The position numbers and the translations under genes were made by a program. Below are positions 37,078 through 45,054 of a stretch of 64,000 nucleotides of DNA, in pieces (the first letter of the stretch is position 1; each line of letters begins with the position of its first letter). This stretch comes from an uncultured Verrucomicrobiota bacterium (GTDB lineage: Bacteria > Verrucomicrobiota > CALLYA01 > CAYNBQ01), in contig CAYNBQ010000003.1 in assembly GCA_964395275.1 (NCBI GenBank), positions 5,883-69,882 of the forward strand, given 5' to 3'. The notes under the pieces were generated by a model. It did no database searches. It had not been told where the DNA came from and worked only from the letters and a program-made list of their open reading frames with translations.

Positions 37078-37719
37078 ATGGAAGAGGCGGTTCGGATCCT
37101 CGACCACCCCCTGGCGCGTTCGCTCCTGACGGAACTGCGGGACACGACGACGCCCCCGCACCGGTTCCGGGAACTGGTCCGGTTGCTCACGCCGCTGCTG
37201 TTGAACGAGGCGTTGGCGGACGCAACCGTGCGCGAGACGGCGATCCGCACGCCGATCGGGGAGACGGAGGGCGTCCGACTGAAGGCCTCGATCGCCTTCG
37301 TACCGATTCTTCGGGCCGGGCTCGGCATGGTGGACGCCGCCCTGCAGTACGTTCGGACGGCGGCCGTCTGGCACCTGGGGATGTACCGCGACGAACGAAC
37401 CCTGCGGCCCGTCCACTACTACCGGAATTTTCCCGGAGAAACCCCGGACCTGGCGATCGTGCTGGAGCCGATGCTGGCGACCGGCGGTTCGGCCGCGGCG
37501 GCCGTCGCGGAGCTGCGCAGCCGCGGGGTGGAGGATATCCGGTTCCTTACGCTGATCGCCGCGCCCGAAGGCGTCGAGAAAGTGCTTGATGCGGGGCCCG
37601 CGGTCCGGATCATCGCGTGTGCGATCGACCGGGGTCTCAACGAGCACGGCTACATCGTCCCCGGTCTCGGAGACGCGGGGGATCGTCAGTACGATCGGGG
37701 TCCGGAAGAGGGGGGATGA
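37078..37719 (+). CDS. upp: Uracil phosphoribosyltransferase
   Basis: ...IAFVPILRAGLGM...LEPMLATGGSA... PRPP-binding motifs. Confidence 0.9.
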   Translation: MEEAVRILDHPLARSLLTELRDTTTPPHRFRELVRLLTPLLLNEALADATVRETAIRTPIGETEGVRLKASIAFVPILRAGLGMVDAALQYVRTAAVWHLGMYRDERTLRPVHYYRNFPGETPDLAIVLEPMLATGGSAAAAVAELRSRGVEDIRFLTLIAAPEGVEKVLDAGPAVRIIACAIDRGLNEHGYIVPGLGDAGDRQYDRGPEEGG

Positions 37720-38097
37720 GGGTCTCCTCACCTTCCGGCCGGCGGGCGGAGTTCCTGCGGAAGACGAACGAAGGGAGAAACCGCGAATGGGTCAGCAGCA
37801 CAACAAGGTCCAGAAACGCAGGCGGCGGGAACGACGGAAAAAGCGCCTGAAGGAGCGCGCCAGGGCCGCCGCCGGAAAGACCTCCCGCTAGCGGGCGAAT
37901 CGCATGAGTCGCCCCGGCCCCGGGCGCACCGGAGCGCCGCAGAGGGCGCCCCGGGACGCGGCTCCGCGAGCCGGAGGGCGCGATCGCTGCGGGCGATGCG
38001 GGTTCGGGGTTCCCCGTCCCTGATCCCGGCGGGCCGACCCGCGGCCCCGTGCGGCGACCTCCGGACGGTTCGGACCGGGCGGAAAGAAGGAAGAGCG

Positions 38098-39378
38098 ATG
38101 CTGGATCTGCGCTATATCCACGAACATCCGGACGAGGTGTTGCGCAACGCGGAACTGCGCCGGGTGGAGATCGATCTGGATCGTTTCCAGGAACTCTACG
38201 AACGGAGACTGGAGGGGATCCGGTTGACGGAGGAGATCCGCCGGCGTCAGAACGAGGTCGCCCGGGCGATGAAGGGGAAACTCCCGCCGGAAGAGCGGGA
38301 ACCGCTGATCGCCGAGGGACGGGAGCTCAAGGCGAAACTCTCGGGATTGGCCGAGGAACTGAAGAACGTCGAGGCCGCCCTGATCGAAGAGGCGCGCCGG
38401 ATCCCGAACCTGACCCATCCCGATGCGCCGATCGGGGCGACGGAAGAGGACAACCGGGAATTGCGCCGCTGGGGGACGATTCCTTCCTTCGATTTTCGCC
38501 CCCGGGATCACGTGGAGATCGCCGAGGCCCTGGATCTCGTCGATTTCGAGGGCGGCACGCGGGTCGCCGGCCAGAAGTTCTACTATCTCAAGAACGAGGG
38601 GGCCCTCCTGGAAATGGCCCTGGTGCTTTTCGCCCTTCGGAAGCTGACCGCGGAGGGGTTCACCCCGTTCGTCACGCCGGACCTCGCCCGCGAGGAGATC
38701 CTGACGGGGATCGGGTTCAATCCCCGGGGGGAAGAGACGCAGATCTACTCCGTGGAAGGGACGGATCTCTGCCTGGTCGCGACGGCGGAGATCACGCTGG
38801 GAGGATTGCTCTCGGACCGGATCCTGGACGCGGACGAGCTTCCGTTGCTGTATGTCGGCTATTCCCATTGTTTCCGCACGGAAGCGGGAGCGCACGGCCG
38901 GGCGACGAAGGGGCTGTACCGCGTGCACCAGTTTTCGAAGGTCGAGATGTTCGCCTTCACGATGCCCGAGGAATCCGATGCGATGCACGAACGGTTCGTC
39001 GGGCTGGAAGAGTCGATCTTTCAGGAACTGGGCCTTCCGTACCGCGTGGTGGACATCTGCACGGGAGACCTCGGCGGTCCCGCCTATCGCAAGTACGATC
39101 TCGAGGCCTGGATGCCGGGACGCGGGGAAGCCGGCGAATGGGGAGAGGTGACGAGCACGTCGAACTGCACCGATTACCAGGCGCGCCGATTGCGGATCCG
39201 GTTCCGCCGGGAACAGGGGGCGAAACCGGAACTGGTGCACATGCTCAACGGAACGGCGGTCGCGGTCAGCCGCGCGCTGATCGCGATCCTGGAGAACTAC
39301 CAGCAGGAAGACGGCAGCGTCGTGCTCCCGGAACCGCTGCGCGAAACCGTCGGAACGGACCGTATCGGCCCGAAGTAG
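38098..39378 (+). CDS. serS: Seryl-tRNA synthetase
   Basis: N-terminal coiled coil plus class II aaRS motifs (FRTEAGAHGRATKGLYRVHQFSKVE...). Confidence 0.95.
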   Translation: MLDLRYIHEHPDEVLRNAELRRVEIDLDRFQELYERRLEGIRLTEEIRRRQNEVARAMKGKLPPEEREPLIAEGRELKAKLSGLAEELKNVEAALIEEARRIPNLTHPDAPIGATEEDNRELRRWGTIPSFDFRPRDHVEIAEALDLVDFEGGTRVAGQKFYYLKNEGALLEMALVLFALRKLTAEGFTPFVTPDLAREEILTGIGFNPRGEETQIYSVEGTDLCLVATAEITLGGLLSDRILDADELPLLYVGYSHCFRTEAGAHGRATKGLYRVHQFSKVEMFAFTMPEESDAMHERFVGLEESIFQELGLPYRVVDICTGDLGGPAYRKYDLEAWMPGRGEAGEWGEVTSTSNCTDYQARRLRIRFRREQGAKPELVHMLNGTAVAVSRALIAILENYQQEDGSVVLPEPLRETVGTDRIGPK

Positions 39379-39442
39379 AGATGCGGCGGACGATGCCCCC
39401 GGGATCAGGGACGGGGCCGGGGTACGGAACCGGGGCGCGCGG

Positions 39443-40138
39443 TCAGTTGCGGTTGAGGTCCTGCTCGCGGTTGCGGACGGCCTCGAGAACCTCGTCGGGA
39501 TCCTCGGCGAAGCGGAGCTGGTCGCGGAACTCGGGCGAATCGAGCATGCGGGTCAGCCGGGCGAGGATCCGCAGGTGGATACGGTCGTCGCAACTGACCA
39601 GCAGGAAAAAAAGGTCGGTGAGGCGGCCGTCGGGCGCGCCGAAGGGAATGCCGGCCGGGGTGCGGCCGAAGACGATCAGGCTTTCTTCGGCGAGGTAGGG
39701 ATCGGGACGCCGCGGATGGGGCAGGGCGATCCCCTTCTGGACGGCGGTCGAAAGGAGTTCCTCCCGTTCGAGGACGGCGTCGAGCAGGGCCTCGGCGTCG
39801 TAGACCAGGCCGGTCTGTACGGCGCCGCGCACCAGGGCGCGGAGGGCGGCGGATTTCGTCCGGGCCGGCAGATCGAGGTGCACGGCCTCCGGCCGGAGAA
39901 GCGGGGTGACGACCATGCGGGGGCAGCAGATCGTCTCTTCGATCCGGACGAGCTCCCGGCGGTCGCCGGCGCCGATCCGTTCCTCCATCCAGTGGTCGAT
40001 CTCCTCCCGGGAGAAGACGAATCGATTCCCGCGGGAATGTGCCGGCACATCCCCCTGTTTCGCGAGCCGGGCGAGTTCTTCCGGGTCCATGCCCAGGGCC
40101 TCGGCGGCCTCGCGCAGTTCGAGGAACTCGTGTTTCAC
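39443..40138 (-). CDS. HTH DNA-binding domain fused to PTS EIIA(Ntr/fructose-type) domain regulator
   Basis: N-terminal ...LREAAEALGMDPEELARLAKQGDVPAHSRGNRFVFSREEIDHWM (excisionase/MerR-like HTH). C-terminal EIIA-2 fold with conserved His region GIALPHPR. Confidence 0.7.
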   Translation of the reverse strand: MKHEFLELREAAEALGMDPEELARLAKQGDVPAHSRGNRFVFSREEIDHWMEERIGAGDRRELVRIEETICCPRMVVTPLLRPEAVHLDLPARTKSAALRALVRGAVQTGLVYDAEALLDAVLEREELLSTAVQKGIALPHPRRPDPYLAEESLIVFGRTPAGIPFGAPDGRLTDLFFLLVSCDDRIHLRILARLTRMLDSPEFRDQLRFAEDPDEVLEAVRNREQDLNRN

Positions 40139-40291
40139 CCTTTTCGCCCTCCGGGAGAGACGACGGAAGGAGATCTCCGCTTCCGCCCCGGCTCGCTAGA
40201 GTAGCCCCCCGCGGGGGCGATGTAGAGCGTCAGGAGGGTGCTTTGCCGTTGCTTCGGGGCGGTCTTCGGAGCAGAGTACCGGAGGTGAAAC

Positions 40292-40726
40292 ATGAACGTA
40301 CTGCCTGATCTGCAATCTTCGATTCTCTGCGACGACGTCCGCCAGGAGCGCAACGGGAAATTCATCTTCGTGGGGATTTTCGACGTGATTTCGGCGCCGC
40401 GGTTTCCGGTGCGTCATCCGCGGCTCTTCGTGGTCAACCGCTGGTGCAGCGGGGAGGGCACCTTCCGCCAGAAGACTCGAATCCTCGCGCCGGACGAGGA
40501 GAGCAGCATCGTCGAGGGCAAGGAGATCGAGTTCACCCTGGCGAACCCTCACGGGACGGTGACGAACGTCGAGGTCTTCTTCAACACGCTTTTCCAGTCG
40601 CAGGGAACGTACTGGGTGGAGATTCTCCTGAACAACGATCTCAAGCTGCGTTACCCGGTGCAGGTGCGCAAGGTCGACATGCCCCAGCGGCGGCAGCCTC
40701 CCACGGCCGCCGGGCAGGACGGCTGA
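40292..40726 (+). CDS. Hypothetical protein
   Basis: 144-aa ORF with no recognisable motif. Ends 18 nt before the tRNA. Confidence 0.45.
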   Translation: MNVLPDLQSSILCDDVRQERNGKFIFVGIFDVISAPRFPVRHPRLFVVNRWCSGEGTFRQKTRILAPDEESSIVEGKEIEFTLANPHGTVTNVEVFFNTLFQSQGTYWVEILLNNDLKLRYPVQVRKVDMPQRRQPPTAAGQDG

Positions 40727-40743
40727 GGCCGACGGACGCGGTC

Positions 40744-40817
40744 GGGCCCGTAGCTCAGTCGGTTAGAGCAGGGGACTCATAATCCCTGGGTCGTAGGTTC
40801 GAGTCCTACCGGGCCCA
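40744..40817 (+). tRNA. tRNA with CAU anticodon (elongator Met or Ile2/lysidine type; resembles ileX-like)
   Basis: GGGCCCGTAGCTCAGTCGGTTAGAGCAGGGGACTCATAATCCCTGGGTCGTAGGTTCGAGTCCTACCGGGCCCA. 7-bp acceptor stem, D-loop AGTCGGTTAGAG, anticodon loop CTCATAA, T-loop GGTTCGAGTCC. CC (not CCA) follows. G1:C72 excludes an initiator. Confidence 0.85.
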
Positions 40818-41160
40818 CCGGTAAGCCAAAAAGTCGATACGTCCGGCGAGCGCGGCGGTGAGCGCGAGCCGGACACCTTTTCGGGGCGGGTTCCCGGGGG
40901 GAATCGATCCGGCCGGTAAGCCAAAAAGTCGATACGTCCGGCGAGCGCGCGTGCCGTGCGGAGCAGGCAGGTCGGATTGAATCCATCCGGAGCGGAACAG
41001 CGGGAGGCGCAGCAGGACGCGTCGTGCGCGGGTCGAAGAGCGCAGCAAGGGCGGTGAGCGCGAGCCGGACACCTTTTTGGGGCGGGTTCCCCGGGGGGAA
41101 TCGATCCGGCCGGTAAGCCAAAAGGTCGATACGTCCGGCGAGCGCGCGTGCCGTGCGAAG
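40818..41160. repeat. Tandem direct repeats (about 95-110 bp unit, 2 full copies plus 1 partial copy abutting the tRNA 3' end), period about 196 bp
   Basis: Unit GCGGTGAGCGCGAGCCGGACACCTTTT(T)CGGGGCGGGTTCCC(C)GGGGGGAATCGATCCGGCCGGTAAGCCAAAA(A/G)GTCGATACGTCCGGCGAGCGCGCGTGCCGTGCG occurs at about 40855-40960 and 41051-41157. The 37-bp 3' part also directly follows the tRNA (40818-40854). Confidence 0.6.
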
Positions 41161-41363
41161 TCCCGCAAGGCGGGACGGAGCAGGGTGAGGACGTCGCGTC
41201 ATGGCCCTCGAAGGACGTCTTGTGGAGCCGCGACGCCCTGTTCTCCTTCGCAGTTCCGCCTGGCGGCGGAACGGAGCAGGACGCCGCGGTCGGCCCCCGC
41301 GAAGGACGACCTGCGGAGCCCGGAGTTTGCGGCGCGGACGACCGGGAGTCTTCGTTTTCCGCG

Positions 41364-42365
41364 CTACCGCTTCCACCAGCTTCCCGGGCCCTCGTCGCGG
41401 GCCGACAGGACGCGGCGGGCGGCTTCGACGACGGCGCGGACGTCCATGCCGTATTTCTTCAGGAGTTCGTCCGGCCTGCCGGATTCCGCGAAGGTGTCCC
41501 GGATCCCGATCCGCCGCAGGGGCATCGGCGCATGTTCGCCCAGGATCTCTGCGACGGCCGAACCGAGGCCCCCGATGATGCTGTGCTCCTCCACGGTGAC
41601 GACCGCCCCGGTGCGGACGACCGATTCGAGAAGGGCCGCCTCGTCGAGGGGCTTGAGGGTCGGCGCATGGAGCACCTCGGCCCGGATCCCTTCGCGGTCG
41701 AGTTCCTCCGCGGCCCGGATCGCGGTGTCCAGCAGGATGCCGGTGGCGACGAGGGTCAGATCCTTCCCCGGCCGGACGCGGTAGATCTTTCCGATCTCGA
41801 AGGCGTGGTCCTCGGCGAAGATCCGGGGCACGCCGGGGCGGGCCAGGCGCAGGTAGACGGGGCCGTCCCATTCGGCGGAGGCGCGGACCGCCCGTCGGAC
41901 CTCCAGGGCGTCCGCCGGCACGAGGATCGTCATGTTCGGCAGGGCCCGCATGATGGCCAGATCCTCCTGGGCCTGGTGGGTGACGCCGTTCTCGCCGATG
42001 GTCAGGCCTCCGTGGGACGGGACGATCTTGACGTTCAGCTCCGGGTAGCAGATCGAGGTGCGGACCTGTTCGCAGGCGCGCATGCTGGCGAAGACGGCGA
42101 AGGTGCTGATGAAGGGCACGAGGCCGGTGGTCGCCAGGCCCGCGGCGATGCCGGTGAGATTCTGTTCGGCGACGCCGACGTTGAAATAGCGCTCCGGGAA
42201 ACGTTCGCCGAAGCGGTCGATCGAGATGATCGTGCCGAGATCGGCGGTCAGGACGACGATGTCCGGACGTTCTTCCCCGAGTTCGAGGATCGCCGCGCCG
42301 TAGGCGGGGCGCAGGCCCTCGTCGGGGCCGCGTTCGGGCAGCAGGGAGGCGTCGGCGAGGTTCAT
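41364..42365 (-). CDS. Transketolase, C-terminal (pyrimidine-binding) subunit
   Basis: Split transketolase. ...VGVAEQNLTGIAAGLATTGLVPF... ATG overlaps the upstream subunit stop. Confidence 0.9.
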   Translation of the reverse strand: MNLADASLLPERGPDEGLRPAYGAAILELGEERPDIVVLTADLGTIISIDRFGERFPERYFNVGVAEQNLTGIAAGLATTGLVPFISTFAVFASMRACEQVRTSICYPELNVKIVPSHGGLTIGENGVTHQAQEDLAIMRALPNMTILVPADALEVRRAVRASAEWDGPVYLRLARPGVPRIFAEDHAFEIGKIYRVRPGKDLTLVATGILLDTAIRAAEELDREGIRAEVLHAPTLKPLDEAALLESVVRTGAVVTVEEHSIIGGLGSAVAEILGEHAPMPLRRIGIRDTFAESGRPDELLKKYGMDVRAVVEAARRVLSARDEGPGSWWKR

Positions 42366-43219
42366 CGGATCGGCTCCTCTCCGAGTTCGGCCAGGGCTTC
42401 TTCGAGCATCTCGGCGGTGAACTTCGCGCCGTAGATCTCCTTCCTGCCTTCGAGGCAGGACACCCCCTTGCCGATGGTGGTGTCGGCGAGGATGACCGTC
42501 GGCTTCGACCGGGACCGGCATCCCCTCAGGACGGCCTCTTCGATCGCGCGATGATCGTGCCCGTCGATCCGGAGCACCCTCCAGCCGAAGGCCTTCCACT
42601 TGGCGGCGAGCGGTTCGGAATCCATGACGGTTTCGGTCGTTCCGTCGGTCTGGCTGTGGTTGCGGTCGACCATCGCCACCAGACGGTTCAACCGGTAGTG
42701 GGAAGCGGTCATGGCCGCTTCCCAGACCTGGCCCTCGGCCTGTTCGGCGTCGCTCATCAGGACGAAGACGCGGAACCGGCGGTGCTGGATGCGGGCGCCC
42801 AGGGCCATGCCGACGGCGGCGGACAGTCCCTGCCCGAGGGAACCGGTGGACATGTCCACGCCGGGGACGAGCTTGAGATCCGGGTGTCCCTGGAGCCGGG
42901 AATCGATCCGGCGCAGGGTGAGGAGTTCCCTGCGGGGGAAGAAGCCCCGCCAGGCCAGGGCTGCGTAGAGCGCGGGCGCGGCGTGTCCCTTGGCGAGGAC
43001 GAAACGGTCGCGCTCCGGCCAGTTCGGTTCCCCGGGGCGGATGCGCAGGATCCGTCCGTAGAGGACGGCGAGCAGATCGGTGACGGAGAGGGATCCGCAG
43101 GGGTGTCCGGAACGGCAGGCGGCGACGGCCTGAAGCAGGTCGGCGCGCATCCGCCGCGCCATGGCGGCGACGGCCTCGGGATCCCTGCAGGGAGGGGAGG
43201 AATCGGGTTGAGCGTTCAC
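42362..43219 (-). CDS. Transketolase, N-terminal (TPP-binding) subunit
   Basis: ...GSGHPCGSLSVTDLLAVLY...GHAAPALYAALA...GSLGQGLSAAVGMAL... GTG start with GGGAGA RBS. Start uncertain (alternative ATG at 43162). Confidence 0.85.
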   Translation of the reverse strand: MNAQPDSSPPCRDPEAVAAMARRMRADLLQAVAACRSGHPCGSLSVTDLLAVLYGRILRIRPGEPNWPERDRFVLAKGHAAPALYAALAWRGFFPRRELLTLRRIDSRLQGHPDLKLVPGVDMSTGSLGQGLSAAVGMALGARIQHRRFRVFVLMSDAEQAEGQVWEAAMTASHYRLNRLVAMVDRNHSQTDGTTETVMDSEPLAAKWKAFGWRVLRIDGHDHRAIEEAVLRGCRSRSKPTVILADTTIGKGVSCLEGRKEIYGAKFTAEMLEEALAELGEEPIR

Positions 43220-43330
43220 GAGATGTTCTCCCGTTGGAATGGGTCGGACCGTAGCGGGGCGGGGGAACGGAGGCAATGATTTATGATGAGGAGGCCGATT
43301 GACCCCCGGCGGGAGAAGGGCTATGTAGAC

Positions 43331-43350
43331 GACCTACCGATCGGTAGGTC
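43331..43350. promoter_or_regulatory. Perfect 20-bp palindrome GACCTACCGATCGGTAGGTC, putative TetR operator
   Basis: Lies 26 nt upstream of the tetR GTG, between divergent transketolase and TetR genes. Confidence 0.5.
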
Positions 43351-43375
43351 ACGGACCGCCTCAGGAGGAACCGCC

Positions 43376-43954
43376 GTGGGTCGACGCAACGAGGATACCC
43401 GCACCGCCATCCTTCAGTCCGCCGCCCGGCTCTTCGGCCGGCTCGGATACTCCGGGGCCTCGGTGCGCGCCATCGTCGAGGAGGCGGGCGTCTCCAAGCC
43501 GATGCTCTACTACTATTTCCCCGACAAGCGCACGCTCATGGAAGAGCTCCTGCGGTCCGCCTTCCGCCGCCTGGCGTCGATGGTCCGGGAGCGGGTCCGG
43601 GACGCTTCGGATCTCCGCGAGGCGCTCATCTCCGCCGCGGAGGCCCATTTCGCCTTCTACGAGGAAGACCCCGACCGGGCGCGCATGCTCTATCGCGTCC
43701 TCCTGGGGTCTCCCGACGCCGTCATCGGCATGCTGCGGCGTCTCTCGGTCGAACACGTGAGACTCGTCGAGGAAGTCGTCTGCTCGTTCCGGAAATGTTC
43801 GGGCAAGGCGGGGCTGACCGAGAACGAGACCGCCATCGTCTTTCTCTCTATGATCAACTTTCAGTTCGTGCGCCGGATCGCCGGGGGCGGGAGTCGAACC
43901 CGCCTCCGCGTGGATCGGATCGTGGACATCGTCCTACAGGGGGTTCCTTCATGA
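43376..43954 (+). CDS. TetR/AcrR-family transcriptional regulator
   Basis: HTH ...TRTAILQSAARLFGRLGYSGASVRAIVEEAGVSKPMLYYYFPDKRTL. AGGAGG RBS 7 nt upstream of the GTG. Confidence 0.8.
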   Translation: MGRRNEDTRTAILQSAARLFGRLGYSGASVRAIVEEAGVSKPMLYYYFPDKRTLMEELLRSAFRRLASMVRERVRDASDLREALISAAEAHFAFYEEDPDRARMLYRVLLGSPDAVIGMLRRLSVEHVRLVEEVVCSFRKCSGKAGLTENETAIVFLSMINFQFVRRIAGGGSRTRLRVDRIVDIVLQGVPS

Positions 43955-45054
43955 AGCGGTTTCCCTGTCCGTTGGCGGCGGTTCTTCTTGGAGCGGGAAT
44001 CCTCGTCTCCGCCGGGGGATGCGGCGACGGAAAGGACGAGGGAAACGGCCGCCGGGCGACGGCCGTGGCCGTCGCCGAGGTCGGGACGTTCCCGCTGCGC
44101 CGTACGATCGATCTGCCGGGCGTGGTCGAGGCCGGCGAGGAACGGTCGCTCTCGGCGGCGCAGCCGGGACGGATCGAGTGGATCCGGGTGAAGGAGGGGG
44201 ATCGTGTCGAGGCCGGCGCATGGATCGCCGGGATCAACGAGGCCGCGCTGAAGGCCTCGGTCGCCCTGGCGCGGGCGCGTCTCGATCTCGCCGAGAAGGT
44301 TCTGAAGCGCTCGCAGGACCTCTACAAGGACGGCGCCATCAGCCCGGAGACCCTCGATCGCGCCCTGTCCGAGCGCGACGTCGCCAAGGCGGGCATGGAG
44401 GCCGCGGAAGCCGAGCTGCGCAACGGGCGGGTCATCGCGCCGATCGCCGGCCTGATCGACGAGCTGCCGATGGACGTCGGCGAGTTCGCCCAGCCGGGCA
44501 GTCTGATTGCGCGCCTGGTGAACGACGATCGACTGGAGGTCGTCGTTTCCGTGCCGGAACGGGAGATCGGCGGGGTCCACGAGGGCGATGAGGCCGTCGT
44601 CGCTTCCACGGTCGGTTCGGATCGATGGAAGGGACGTGTGATCCATGTCGCCGAAGCGGCCGACGCGCAGACCCGCACCTTCCGGGTCCGCATCGAGATC
44701 GAGAAGGACGGCGGGACCGGCCCCGGGGGCGGAGGCGGGAATCTGCGCCCGGGGGTGATCGTGAAGGTGACCCTCACGGTGGAAGAACTCTCCGATGTCG
44801 TCGCGGTGCCGCTGTCCGTGATCGTCGAACGCGAGGGCGCCGCCGGTCTGATGCTGGAACGGGACGGCACGGCCCGATGGCAACCGATCCGCCTCGGCAT
44901 CCGCAGCGGCGCCTGGGTCCAGGTGACCTCCGGCATGCGGGCCGGCGATCGGCTCATCGTCCGGGGACAGCGGGAGGTCGCAGAGGGCGATCCCGTGGAG
45001 ATCGAAGAAACCCTCCCTTGGGAGGAAGTGATCGCCTCGGAATCGATCGAATGA
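43951..45054 (+). CDS. RND efflux periplasmic adaptor (membrane fusion protein, HlyD family)
   Basis: Lipoprotein-like signal ...LVSAGGCGD, coiled-coil hairpin and beta-barrel motifs. ATG overlaps the tetR stop. Confidence 0.85.
   Translation: MKRFPCPLAAVLLGAGILVSAGGCGDGKDEGNGRRATAVAVAEVGTFPLRRTIDLPGVVEAGEERSLSAAQPGRIEWIRVKEGDRVEAGAWIAGINEAALKASVALARARLDLAEKVLKRSQDLYKDGAISPETLDRALSERDVAKAGMEAAEAELRNGRVIAPIAGLIDELPMDVGEFAQPGSLIARLVNDDRLEVVVSVPEREIGGVHEGDEAVVASTVGSDRWKGRVIHVAEAADAQTRTFRVRIEIEKDGGTGPGGGGGNLRPGVIVKVTLTVEELSDVVAVPLSVIVEREGAAGLMLERDGTARWQPIRLGIRSGAWVQVTSGMRAGDRLIVRGQREVAEGDPVEIEETLPWEEVIASESIE

Noticed and set aside
39379-39442. CCCCGG-N14-CCGGGG hairpin between convergent serS and the EIIA regulator as a bidirectional terminator.
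   Set aside because: No flanking U/A tract on either strand. A 6-bp GC palindrome is common by chance in this GC content.
40818-41160. Possibility that the tRNA-adjacent repeats are a CRISPR array.
   Set aside because: Repeat unit is about 100 bp with only 2-3 copies, and no cas genes. Not consistent with CRISPR repeat length or organisation.
40777-41871. 364-aa minus ORF spanning the tRNA-adjacent repeat region and running antisense into the transketolase gene.
   Set aside because: Arg/Pro/Gly-rich junk translation. It crosses the tRNA and direct repeats and is antisense to a confidently assigned transketolase subunit.
43162-43276. Longer transketolase N-terminal subunit starting at ATG 43276.
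   Set aside because: The extra N-terminal residues would overlap the GGGAGA RBS of the GTG 43219 start and have no counterpart in transketolase alignments. The shorter start is preferred but not proven.
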